A stretch of DNA of 64,000 nt from Lepidodermella squamata (GCA_047495785.1 JBLDXI010000024.1:4526001-4590000), one strand, 5' to 3'. Counted from the first letter of the stretch, positions 37,411-49,033 are shown. The notes: a model not told the origin generated them from the sequence alone. Program-made: numbers and translations.

Positions 37411-37987
37411 CATAGCAAGTTACACTTTCTGATGTTCGGTTTCTTCGGACATTTTAACTGCAGGCTTGGCAAGTTCACTTATTCGCTGATATCCTTGAAA
37501 CATGAAACCCAATGCCATAAATTGACCCGGCCTTTAGATGATTTCAAGCAATAATTTTAAATAATCGGTGACTATTTCTATGCGAGAATTTATGAGATTC
37601 AATATGTGGTATTCCTTTTTCTTTTGTTCATTTGGTACATGTGAGAACCCCTTCCCATTGCTAATTAAGAAATTGCCAATCAAAATTACGTTACTCATCA
37701 CGAAGCGATAGGCGATAATTTGTTCCTCTTGTCGCCCTGAAATTGTCCTGTGGAAATTTGTCAACAATTGTGGCGCTCTATCATATGTTTGCCTACACAG
37801 ACAGACGTCAGGCTAACGCATAAATTATCGCTTTATCGCTCGGTATCGAACTTGCGTAGGATGAGAAAAGTTAAGACGAAGTATTTCCCATAAATCATTC
37901 AACGTCGAATTTTGCACGACGTGGGTGTTGTTCGGCGATTTTTCATTATCAATGTTTAGTATGTCGGGACGAAACGTATACGTCAGC

Positions 37988-38395
37988 CATAGAGAAAAAA
38001 TGACCAGAGTAAGCACTCAAGCTGAAATATTGATCTCCATTATTATAGAAGTGCGTTCTCAAAACGGATATCTCCGTTTTTTACCAAATTTTGCATGCCT
38101 ATAGAACGCGAGCTGCTCTTTCACGTGGTTTAAGATTTGAGGTGGGCAATTGCTGCTCAGTCTTGATCTCATCAAAATAATTAAAACCATAGTGAAAACG
38201 AGGGTTTTGTATCGTAGCAGCGGTTGGGTTGCCCACCTCAAATGTTATACCACGTGAAAGAGCAGCTCGCGCTCTATAGGCATGCACAATTTGGTAGAAA
38301 ACCGAGATATCCGTTTTTAGAAAGTCAACTTTGAATTAAAATAAGGATTTAGAAATTTTAGTTTGAGTGCTTTCTCTGGTCATTTTTTCTCTATG
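37988..38395. mobile_element. MITE, CATAGAG family, copy 2
   Basis: Highly similar to 19659-20078; 8-bp TSD acgtcagc at 37980-37987 and 38396-38403. Confidence 0.9.
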
Positions 38396-38513
38396 ACGTC
38401 AGCCTGGCCATGTTGCTTAATACCGAGGCGTTGTTTATTTCGTTGCTTCGTTATTTCGTAGTTTTTTCACTCATCGTTATCTCATACAAAAAAACTGACG
38501 AAAGAAATAAAAT

Positions 38514-38590
38514 GGGGTGTAAGAAGGATTCGAACCCGGGACCACTGGTTTTTGGCGCACAAGGCGAAACCACTGAGCGATAGCGCTGAG
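38514..38590 (-). pseudogene. Degenerate tRNA-like / tRNA-SINE head
   Basis: Reverse complement has A-box-like TATCGCTCAGTGG and B-box GGTCCCGGGTTCGAATCC, but the stems do not pair properly. Confidence 0.55.
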
Positions 38591-38675
38591 TCATGGTAGT
38601 CGTCCTCGTTCGGCATTTTTACATACTTAACGACGTTAGCGTTTTTTTCCGGTTGCAGATAGAAAGCCTCTTATT

Positions 38676-38745
38676 TTCTAGTGGCTCAAATCCATGGTCC
38701 TGATCATGAAGGTCCCGGGGTTCGAATCCTCTTCGATCCTGCCAT
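38676..38745 (+). pseudogene. Degenerate tRNA-like / tRNA-SINE head (divergent from the preceding one)
   Basis: A-box-like CTAGTGGCTCAAA and B-box GGTCCCGGGGTTCGAATCC. Confidence 0.5.
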
Positions 38746-38759
38746 ACGGAAGCATACGG

Positions 38760-38801
38760 AAAGCCCACTAGTTCTGCTTGTAAGCAGAACTAGTGGGCTT
38801 T
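38760..38801. repeat. Perfect 20-bp-arm hairpin
   Basis: aaagcccactagttctgctt-gt-aagcagaactagtgggcttt. Confidence 0.85.
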
Positions 38802-40604
38802 TTCCGGCCACAATATTATGACCCTGGGATTTTGTCTAGGCTTTTTGGGCTTTTAGGGCTTTTTTTGGTCTTGCGAACTGGGCTGTACGATACCCCCTGT
38901 TCTCCCGTTTCTCGTAGCACCTAGTCAGTCAATAGAATTCCCGCTGCTGTTAGCATTATAGCTCAATAGTTCGGAGCTTGGAAATGTATAGGTTCACTAA
39001 TCCATAGACTTAGTGATAATCCTAGGCCTTGTTTCACCCATTTTTTCTGCTTGAGACGCCAAAGAGAACAAGCCATCCTCTAAGCGTAATAACACACCAA
39101 TTATTTATATTCGATGTTATTTAAGGTGTTTAAAAATTGATGAGAATAACTTCTACACGCCTACAGCTATGATAACTAACACACAGCCCATTTGTCATGC
39201 ACAGACTAATCGAGCGGGAAAACGACAATAATGCATACATGCGGCATGCGGATGCCTGACGTTTTGGTTGAAAGATTTTATGTCGCAGCGTGTTATTGAA
39301 TTTAGCAGTGTGCGACTTTCAGGAGGGGGGGATGCAAGGCCAGACGACGAAATGAGAATTTATTCCCCTATTCTGTCAATTTTGGAAGGTTCGGGAGCGT
39401 GTTTTAGTTGGAAAATCTCTAAAATTGTCTCGCTTCGCGCGGTTATTAGCCGAAATAACTAGTAATTTTGGCAAATACAGCAAAAAACATTTTTGCATTC
39501 CTGGCAGCTCGAGGATCCAAGATCGCACCCTGGAATTTAGCATAACACGGAATCTAACTGGACGATACCGCATCCCTTCGATTACTAGGAAGTTTCGCCG
39601 TGCTACCTTTCATGAAGCCAAACGCAACACCTGTCAGCTCAATGGCTACACGTTATCGCATGACTTTGTCATGTTGCGTGTTTAGCGTATTTTGAGTATA
39701 AGGGCCGCGCGTCTCATTACCTCTCAATCACATCGTACTACCCGCTGCGATACCCTTGTTAACTTCTGAACACAATCTGAAACTAACTTCAGTTCACATT
39801 GGCCAAGTCAAGAAGTGACAGAATGGCCCGTGCGCCCGGCTCGCTGGGCAAACCGGTTCGGGAGAAGCGGGAGAAGGGGTAATACCACGGTGCTCTAACA
39901 GTTGGATCAAATCCCGCGTAGAATAACGGCCAAACACGATTGAAGGCCGCGCCTGGATGAATAATGGCCGCATTATGTTACCCATTTTACCCAAAACATA
40001 GGACGCCAAAACAGCAATATCGACAGAACAGCGAAAGACCCTCCCTAAACTGTTTACTTGATATTCGAAACGCTTCGCGAAGCACAGAAATGTTTTTTCC
40101 AAGGTGTATCAAAATCCAAGGTCAAACGGCAATAAATAAACTACGTGTGAAACTGGAAAAGGTCAAATTGCCGCTCTACTATCATCAATCTTGATTGATT
40201 ATTTTTCTACCATTTAATCTTCACCCACGTATTTCCAATTGATTGTGTCCGCCTGAGCAATTAATCAGAATAATTTCAGCTGAATTTACAGTAAAATATT
40301 GTACATTTTTAAAGAAACCGCAATCAAACTTGAGCTTATTAAATTTTGGCAGGAGCCCGTATTAATTTCTGGCGAAAAATAAGACGTAAATTTATCAGCA
40401 CTGCCACTTCTTCACATTTCTTAACAATTTCGAAATATATTGAAAATGTTGAATATAAATCCCCAACCTGATTTATGTGAGAGGTCGAGTAGGAGGTGAG
40501 AGAAATCAATATTATTATCGCTAACTGTCTGTAACGTCAGTAACGTCAGTCAACATTTCGCGACTGAATAACAGTGAACAAATTATAACAAATAATAAAT
40601 GATA

Positions 40605-41026
40605 TAAAGTTTCACTCAAGGGATCTTGGGCCAATTCAAGTTATAGCAAATTTGAGACTTCGAGCTGGTTGCTTCAAAACAAATAACTTTCAAAAATTTA
40701 AACTCAAGCTTTTGTACGTATCAAAGGCAATCTCTTGACGCCCCGAGACCCTAAGAAATGACACATGAGTAATGAGTATTCCGACATGCTGGCAATGGTT
40801 TGAGACAATAATATAAGTCCCATCGCGACACGATAATGTGGTCTAGAGGTATGCCATATAGGCACATACCCCCCAATATTAGCGAAATATGCGAGGCCGA
40901 GGCCCCCGTGAGGCTCAGTGAGGCTAAACACTGGCATAGTTGGCATAGGTGTTTTGAAGCAACCAGCTCGACGTCCCAAATTTGCTATAACTTGGATTGG
41001 CCCCAGATCCCTTGAGCGAAACTTTA
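40605..41026. mobile_element. MITE with ~75-bp terminal inverted repeats
   Basis: taaagtttcactcaagggatcttgggccaattcaagttatagcaaatttg...gctggttgcttcaaaac / gttttgaagcaaccagc...caaatttgctataacttggattggccccagatcccttgagcgaaacttta. Confidence 0.8.
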
Positions 41027-41599
41027 GGGGAAGAAACTGTTTCTCATGGGCTTTCGAACAGTGTAAGATATTTAGAAATCTGAGCCAAAATGACTGAGCA
41101 GCGTAGAAATAAAGTATGCTCAAAATTTATGCCCATACTGTATTTGAGATAGTCTTATGCAACCCAGACCTGACTTCATTTCCCGTCTTTCAATCTAAAA
41201 ACTCATCAAGTTTTTGAATATTTGAATATTTTGAATATAAAAAAAATAATCGTAAATCGCAGATTTTTAAATATCTTCAGGCATTTGTTGTTATTAAATA
41301 CCGTTCAGCGCGTATTTCGCACGTGCCGTAGTAGCCTAGGCTACTATTCGAGATAGGACTATGCCTCGACGAATTTCAATTTACCCAGGCTTCTAATCAA
41401 GAGTGAGTATATATTTCAGATTTCAGTAACCACCGTATCTAACAAATTTCAATGCAGCGCGCAACACATTTGCACGGGGCAGCAATTAAAACGGAAGTTA
41501 TATTCACGATGCACTTGGTAGTCTTTTCACATGCCAGATGATTAATGACCTTAGTGGAAATCATTCGCAGACGCGAGCCCCTGAAGAGTCAAAACTCAC

Positions 41600-41829
41600 G
41601 TTCGCAGTGCATGCCGCTAGTTGTGGTTGGGCATAAGCAATATTGATTGTTGACACATGTGCCGCCGTTTTCGCAATTGATGGAAACATTGCTTTGATCG
41701 CAGACCAGAGCAGCTGTAGCGAGTCAGTGAATTAGATCAGTGAGAAATTAAGATTCAAATCTCAACCCTTTCACGGCCAATTTGTTTATTTCTGCGAGAA
41801 AAAATATTAGACAGCATCTCTGGCAGCAT
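41600..41829 (-). pseudogene. 5' cassette B: intact EGF exon (41713-41600) with a degenerate leader exon
   Basis: The 114-nt phase-1/phase-1 exon encodes [37 protein letters not shown], a paralog of 37025-36843. The upstream leader-like LIFFLAEI is out of frame with the ATG at 41829. Confidence 0.65.
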
Positions 41830-41883
41830 TTTTCAATGGTCCTGGTCACGAGGTTGGAACCCGTTTGTCTCTAACTATCACCA

Positions 41884-42282
41884 TTAAGACATGAGACGTA
41901 CTATAGGACGCCGCGGCTTGCAGAAAATCAGAAAAAGCGTGATATTTTTAATGAGGTCCAAAGTCCAACTCGACCAATGAATCATCTCATTACACTTTTT
42001 GCAATCATCTCAAGCCTTTTTTTTGCTTAAGATCAACGAGATCAACACATCTTTACACAGCGTCACGCCGATCTTTTGCTGTAAAAGAATTCTGATCAGT
42101 TTTTAATTATTGACATTTAAAAAATTAAAATTTTATAAATTAAAATTTCTTTAATTTCGAAATTACTGGACTAAAATTTAATTCGTATGCACATTCCGAT
42201 ATGCACAGTCCGCGGCCTTCAAGAGGCCCTTGTAACGGGAGCTTCGAAGCCGCGGCGTCCTATAGTAGGTCTCATGCATTAA
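41884..42282. mobile_element. MITE flanked by TTAA
   Basis: IR catgagacgtactataggacgccgcggctt / aagccgcggcgtcctatagtaggtctcatg with ttaa 2 nt outside each end. Confidence 0.7.
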
Positions 42283-42538
42283 GAAAGTACAAAAAAGGCG
42301 CCGAAATCGCCCTTTCGGTCAAGCTGATTTCAGACGATTTTTGGAGCACCCTGATTTCAGATGCTTTCAGCACAGGACTTTCAGATCATAAATTACTCCC
42401 ATGAAGATCCTTAACATTCCCCATCACTTATATCCCCGAAAAGTTGTTTCTTAAATGAGTTTTCAAAGGTCAGCATTCAGATCAGATTTCATCTTTCCAC
42501 GCAATAGTTTGAAGCCCAAGAATCACGCACTCCGCCTG

Positions 42539-42713
42539 TACCGTATTTGCTCGTACTTAAGACTAGTCTTATGTTCAGGTTTTGGGTACATTTCGAAAAA
42601 ATGACCCTCCTGAACTAAAATCCGAATATAAGGTTGCACATAAAGTACTGCATGAATATTAGTACGCACACGAATAGAGGGAGTCAGCCTTATGTACGAG
42701 CAAAAATACGGTA
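42539..42713. mobile_element. Tc1/mariner(pogo)-type MITE
   Basis: taccgtatttgctcgtac / gtacgagcaaaaatacggta; TA-CCGTA termini as at 17356. Confidence 0.7.
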
Positions 42714-42788
42714 TAAATCTGGACCGATAGGGCGATTTCAACCACTTAACTGAAATATCAAGGCGCCGCCGTTAGTCTTTTGTCGAAA

Positions 42789-43566
42789 GAATTACCCTCA
42801 CTTGCGCATTTATCACTTGCGCATTTGAAAATTATCATTTGCGCATCAAATATTGATTTTACAGCCTGTTGTTCACCAGTTGATGAATTATTATGAATTT
42901 TTTTACAAATTTTTATTTGCGATGCTTGACGCAGTTATTACTCAATCAACGTGTTATTACCAAGTAATGACAAAAGTACAGAGCAAGTAAAAGAGTAAGG
43001 CCGAGCGAAAATCAAGCATTATTCTTCATTAGTCGTCGGCTGCAAGAGCCCTCGTCTTGGGCCCGTGTGCTGGGCGTATTTTGCCGTTCTGCCCGATGAA
43101 GCCTGCCAACTTGTCCAGGTGTTCATGGGCATTTGAGCATTGGCATTGGAATTTGAGATCTGTTCGAATTCATAGTGGAAGCAACAGACGTGGAGGACTT
43201 CGATGAAGCCCTGGATTCAGTTCTTGATGAAACCCTGGATTCAGTTCTTGATGAAGCTCGATTTTCCCTTGATTGGGCCGATTCCACCTCTAGAATTCTC
43301 GATTGCAGTTCACGAATCTGTTTCGTCTTCGGCGAAGTAATGTCTTCATCATCACGGTTGAAAACATCCAGAACTTCCTGATCTTCTTCATTCAAGGCAT
43401 TCTGTGCTGTCTAAACACACGCGTCTAACAGATGTGACACCTGCCAATCTTATTTTATAAAAATTTCATAATAATTCATCAACTGGTGAACAACAGGCTG
43501 TAAAATCAATATTTAATGCGCAAGTGATAAATGCGCAAGTGATAAATGCGCAAGTGAGGGTAACCC
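42789..43566. mobile_element. Non-autonomous DNA transposon (MULE/Merlin-like) with ~115-bp TIRs, 8-bp TSD and an internal coding remnant
   Basis: TIRs contain tandem cacttgcgcattta units; TSD tgtcgaaa at 42781-42788 and 43567-43574; internal - strand ORF 43395-43123 continues in a shifted frame as ...HEHLDKLAGFIGQNGKIRPAHGPKTRALAADD*. Confidence 0.8.
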
Positions 43567-43849
43567 TGTCGAAACCTGATAAAAACTGGCATGTTATTTT
43601 TTTGTCTGACCAGATAATAAAATGGGGTTACCTGAATATCAATTTGAAAAAAATTTCACACCTTGATTTTGAATTTTGAAACTGCCATATTTTAAAAACG
43701 GTGTAAGATAGCGGTCTGTTTGTTTCCCGTAGCCAACATCAAAAAGTGATATTGCCGTTAAGGGCGGTTAAAATTCAACAAACTGAATTAATTACAGTGT
43801 AGTCAAAATTCCGAAATCGTCCTTTTGCCGTGAAAGGGTTATTACTCAC

Positions 43850-44534
43850 CAGTTTCACAGTAGCGGCCACTATATCCCGATGTGCACGAGCATGCCGTTT
43901 TAGAACACGTGCCGCCATTTTGACAATCCGCGTAACACCACATGCCGGAAGTACCATCGTTGCATATGTAATTTGCAGTTCCCTCTTAAAAATAAAACCG
44001 AGATTGTTACAGCGGTGCTATCAATTGAGCTACTGATTTGAATCTAAAGCTTGCGGTTTGCTTCTATCAACTTGGGCCCTCCACAGTTCAAAAGACAGGC
44101 AATTCTATGCACCGAGTTCTTTGTTTTTGTTATATCGCTATTTCCTTGCAAAGCCGATTATCCTGCCCCAAATCACCCTGTTTTACGAGATTCACGCCAA
44201 TCTGTTACGTACCGTTATTGCAGTACACGCCATAGTGCGGACTTGTGCAAAAGCAATAATCGCCATTTATGCAGCTTCCTCCATTCTCACATTTTTTGTT
44301 GTTGTCGCTTTGATCGCAGACTGAATTGCTACCTCCACCACCTCCACCTCCACCACCACCACCACCACCGCAATAAGAGCCACCACCACCGCCACCACTT
44401 CCTCCGCCTCCACCAGGACCTTATTAACGCCGTTATGTAAAGAGAAGTTACATATTTTCAAATCAGTACTGACCGATGACATTAGTAACATGGGCACAAA
44501 TTAGTATCGAAAGCAATATACCAGAATTCATCAT
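43850..44534 (-). CDS. 5' cassette A: signal peptide + poly-Gly + two EGF exons (alternative 5' end of gene C, or a small secreted EGF protein)
   Basis: Exons 44534-44474 (MMNSGILLSILICAHVTNVI), 44419-44213 (GPGGGGGSGGGGGGSYC(G)nSNSVCDQSDNNKKCENGGSCINGDYCFCTSPHYGVYCNN) and 43984-43850 (EGTANYICNDGTSGMWCYADCQNGGTCSKTACSCTSGYSGRYCET); all junctions phase 1 with canonical GT/AG. Confidence 0.8.
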
Positions 44535-44628
44535 TATAGATATCAGCTCGACGCTTTCTAACGGCAAAACACGATCAACTGAAAGCGATGATAAGCAACT
44601 TCCGGCCAAAATGAAAGTGTCGACTGTA

Positions 44629-44800
44629 GAATTCTAATCGGTCAATCCGCCATTTTATACTCGTATTGAATTCAACCAATAAATATAAGTGCATTTGTTT
44701 GGCAATATTTACCTAATCAACAAGGATACGGCGAATGACCTGGCGGGCGCTAGGTATACTTAAGTCAAACTCGCTGGATAAAAAGGGAGCATAATTAATT
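44629..44800 (-). promoter_or_regulatory. Putative promoter of 5' cassette A
   Basis: Same four motifs, in the same order, as at 37239-37410, including GAGTATAAAA ~120-130 nt upstream of the ATG. Confidence 0.6.
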
Positions 44801-45595
44801 AATTAACTTTCTTGCGGACATTCTTGTTCCGGACTGTTTTCAGGCATTACGATGTTAGCTTTACTCAATTCAGCAACGCAACCGACATTGGATTCTTGCA
44901 GAGAAAAAGAAAAAGCCGACTGAATCTGTGATAAAATGGCAATTCTAGGTGTAACGCTTTTCTTGAAAAGCATCTTACTAGAGAGAAATCACTAAGTATA
45001 GGAACTGAATTTAAAATTCCCTTCTTCATTACAACAAAGACTCGTTTGCTGCATTAAAACGTTAGAGAAAAGTTATTTGCAATGCCTCCATGCCCAGACT
45101 TCATATTCCAGGCGAACGAATTCATGTCGATATGCCTTATCGTCGTTTTCGCAAGGTATCAACTGTGTCGTTGCTGTGTAAGCAGGCGTAAGGTAACGTC
45201 TGTGCTGTGTTAGTAAAAGCTTTATTCTTCCCAGTTTTAAAACATTTCTCCCAATGAAGAGCCGCCGGCCAACAACAAAAAACAGCAATATGTACTTAGA
45301 AACCCTTGTAATGCGACATGACGTTTAAAAATTGATGGGAATAAATAACATTATCGGGGCATTATTCACGTATGCTCTGCCCAGACGTTGATATCTAGAG
45401 GAAAATGGCGATTATGCATGCATGTATTTCTTAGCCTGACGTCTGGGTTGAGTAGCGTTTTTATCGAATTCCGCGATATAAAGAATCCCTCGAGTAATGA
45501 GAGGTGACACATGCGCAATGGCAACGAAATCAATTTCAATTATTTTTTAAAAAGAGCGCCTTCAAAAATGCATAGCCTGTTTTATTTTAGGACTA

Positions 45596-46307
45596 GGCTA
45601 TTCGGACAAAGCGAAATGTGTTTCACGCAACGGCTATTTGAGTGCGCGCTTTTGGCTAACTTGAACACAGCGGTGTGTGCGCGGAAGTGGCTCTTCGAAC
45701 ACACCCCTCCAAGTCGAAGTATACCGCTAATAGACTAGTGATAAGGCGATAATTGACCGGATTTAAGACGAATTTAGCGGTTCTAGCATATTTACAAAGG
45801 CTATCTCTGATATTGCCATGTATTCTTGATTTTAAACCCATCCTCACCGCCCCTGTTTTCAATGGTATCAAGGGGTCTCACCTCGCCGCACGCTGTTTAG
45901 ACCGCCGACAAAGACGGGTTAATGCGGCCGGGACGCCGCGCATTGAAATAAACCTGAAAGCTGACGTCCGGCGGCGTCAAGTTCGAGCTATCAAATCGCT
46001 AATTCTCAGTTGCAATCACGCCACGCAGTAGCCTCTTCCCGGAATATTGTTTAAATTCGTTGGCGTGCCTCAAAATCAGTGTTGGCAGCCCTATAGTGCC
46101 TTTATTGCTGATGATGATGATGCGCACTGTAATTTTGGGCTAGGTATCAACCTGTTATGCAGGTATTTCTAATTTTCGCAGTTTCAACATTTTCAAACTA
46201 ACAAAAAGTTGTTAAAATTTAAATCTCGAATTTCGGTGATTAACAGGTGACTCAAGACGCTGTGTTCGAATAGCCATTGCGTGACACAATTTTGCATCCG
46301 AATAGCC
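45596..46307. mobile_element. Degenerate MITE with GGCTATTCGGA termini
   Basis: ggctattcgga...cacgcaacggctattt / gaatagccattgcgtg...tccgaatagcc; no clean TSD. Confidence 0.55.
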
Positions 46308-46764
46308 AAATCCTGTATTTTTGAGACAGAGACAATTCGCATTGTCATGATTGGCGTTTTAGACAAGGTTTTTGTGAAATTTTTATTCAGCATGTAATTA
46401 ATTTGTTAACCCTCTTTGATTTCGATGCCGAGTGGCAGAGAGGTGACCGGTTTCTTCATCTGGTTAGCAAATTACCCGATTCTTCGTTGATCGATTTTTT
46501 TCTGCCGGAAATTTCAAACTACTTGACCGTTAAACGTTAAACAGTGAAAAGTGGGATTTGGCAATATTTTAACGCCACGATTTTAATGCGATTTCTCATT
46601 TTCGATATTTCCAGCCAGCATTACGGAACCCACTACGACAATGGTATCAGCAGCGCAGTCATGTAATTAATGTGCAGCCCTTTTGAATTATACGCTCTAT
46701 AAAATATTGGTTATTGAGGAATTGAGGAAACGTGGTGACTGCTGGGGAATGAAATATGGCTGCT

Positions 46765-47259
46765 TCAAAAATGAAAATTATTATTGAACGCGCCAAAAAA
46801 ATAATTTTTATTTGCATCGATGTTTATTCGACTATTGGGTAATGCCGACTGGCGAACACGAGACAAAATGGGATTTTTGAGGAGGAAAATTGAAAAATAT
46901 AAGGAATATCTCCACCATGATTTTGATCGGTTTTCTGATAGATCGAAAGAAAAAGCAAAAAGCACCTTACCTGAGCTAACTCGAAATAATGCGCATAATA
47001 TAAACAGTTTGCGCGCACAGAAATATTGACTTGGTGTTAATAAATATCGAACTTGAATGAAAATTAGAAGAAATAAAAATTCACCAACAATTGTCGTAAG
47101 CTTGCCAGAATTTGTAGCGAAGGTGCGGAATGCTTGCCAATTGGCTTTGTTATAGTTTTGCAAGCAAAGCAATCCGAAATGCCCTAATGTGCATTCATCT
47201 TGGGCTGAAATGACTTGTAAAGCCGCGAGACAACAAATCAAGCAATACAAATCAGCCAT
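46765..47259 (-). CDS. Small secreted protein or truncated, degenerate C-type-lectin-like gene
   Basis: Signal peptide MADLYCLICCLAALQVISA, then QDECTLGHFGLLCLQ...W..FRTFATNSGKLTTIV (CTL-like N-terminus); plausible short exons follow; TATATA just upstream. Confidence 0.4.
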   Translation of the reverse strand: MADLYCLICCLAALQVISAQDECTLGHFGLLCLQNYNKANWQAFRTFATNSGKLTTIVGEFLFLLIFIQVRYLLTPSQYFCARKLFILCALFRVSSGKVLFAFSFDLSENRSKSWWRYSLYFSIFLLKNPILSRVRQSALPNSRINIDANKNYFFGAFNNNFHF

Positions 47260-48219
47260 ATCAGTAACTAGTATCTTCCATTATATATATATATGGAGTT
47301 TATAAACTGTCGACGATAAAGCTATTCCTTGTAAACAACTATTAGTATAGCGCCCGCCTTAAGAAGATTAACTTGTGATGATGCGCTTATAGCCACTATT
47401 GTTTTCTGGCCTCAGTGACTCAAAAGTGACTCAACTTTTAGTAATTAACGGGAAGTGAAAGAATAACGCGCAAGAGACGAAATTGCTGAAAAGCAGGTTT
47501 CCAAGTATGAAAACTAAGTAAAAATGGGAATAAATTGGGAATTTTGTCACGAAATACCAACAAATATTTATCAATATCGTAGAAGCTCGGTGTCACTAAC
47601 CAATGGTGTCTTGATGATCTGCGGCAAATCACTATTTTATTTACCAAAAATGTACATTCAAATATTTTTTTTCTCAGATAATTAAAGCACAATATTTGTT
47701 AAAGGTTACATGTGAACTTGGAACAATACATCAGGAATAAGGTCGTATAAGGTCGAATATGGAATCAGGAAAACAAGTTGAGTGATTTCATGAAAACGGC
47801 TGCAAATTTATATGATAATATAGAGGACTTTTTTGTATGAGGTCGGCCTCATGGTGAGGTGGCTAGAACTGATTTTGAAAATCTGATTTTGAAAAAATGT
47901 CAAAAATATAATTGAAAATGCTGACAATAATTGAAAATTAATCCTCATTTCTCTGAAGTCTAAACGATTTCACTGGTTGAAATTTTAAGAATATTTAATT
48001 CCTATTTGTGTCGAAAAGCGGGAACTGCGCGTTATTCAGCCGGAAGACTACTCTATACAGATCGGAAACAAGCGATCCTCCTATAGTAAATAAATTCACA
48101 CCAAAACGTGAAAAAGTGGGCACGCGATCTTCATTTTTATTCACTCATCGCGCGCCCTATCCGCCCATTTCAAATTTTTAATTATTTTCTAAAATTCCCA
48201 GAGAAAATGTTTCATTTCC

Positions 48220-48739
48220 CACAAATTTCAAACAAATTTTTCGGAATACTAGAAGCGCTCCTCTGTCGAATGAGTCCCGCCTCATGAGACGGTTTTTATT
48301 CTAACGTTTTTAAAATGTTCTTGAAGTTGGTCACTTTTACGAAAAATCGCCATTATAAGAGTCTTTCAGGACGGTAAAAATGTTTATTTTACGGCGAAAA
48401 ATTCCGAGAAAAATACTATGATCTTATTTGATTTTTGCTCTATCCAACGATATAAAGTTTGAGCTAATCAGAATTTTTTTGAAATTCGCGAAAATGTCAT
48501 GTCGGTTGATGATACTCCGAGCGAGCTAAAAATAGCTACAAAAAACTTAATAGCTATTTTTAGAAAAGTATTATCATGCAAAAACACAATATTACGTTCA
48601 TGACAATTTCGCGAAATTCAAAAAATTCTGATTAGCTCAAGAAAATTTTAAAAAGTTAGAAAAAAACCGTCTCATGAGACGGGACTCATTCGATAAAGGA
48701 GCGCTTCTAGTATTCCGGAAAATTTGTTTGAAATTTGTG
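48220..48739. mobile_element. Foldback/MITE-like element with nested inverted repeats
   Basis: Outer ~100-bp IR cacaaatttcaaacaaattt..ggaatactagaagcgctcct / aggagcgcttctagtattcc..aaatttgtttgaaatttgtg; inner IR gagctaatcagaattttt (48461) / aaaaattctgattagctc (~48638). Confidence 0.75.
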
Positions 48740-48961
48740 AAGGAGGATCGCTTGTCTCCGATTTGTCTATGCAGCCGGACTAATAACGGCCAGGTTGGGG
48801 AGGGTGACTGAATTTTTCGCATTGCCCCCACCTATCTCTCTAAACCGGAAAAGGTTCAGATATTCAATCGCGTGGAAGTAATACAAATAGGTAGACCAAT
48901 TTCAATACGGAGGTCAGTTAAAATAAAAAATAAAATAAAAAAAATAGTGAATAAAAATGTA

Positions 48962-49033
48962 GGGCCCGTTCGGGAATTGAACCCGAGACCTCTCGCACCC
49001 GAAGCGAGAATCATACCCCTAGACCAACGGGCC
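48962..49033 (-). tRNA. tRNA-Pro-CGG: tRNA-Pro (anticodon CGG)
   Basis: Reverse complement GGCCCGTTGGTCTAGGGGTATGATTCTCGCTTCGGGTGCGAGAGGTCTCGGGTTCAATTCCCGAACGGGCCC, followed by a T-rich terminator. Confidence 0.96.

Noticed and set aside
44051-44440. His-rich plus-strand ORF (HHLHLHHHHHH) and Val-rich minus ORF 44267-44497
   Set aside because: Antisense and off-frame readings of the poly-Gly exon of cassette A.
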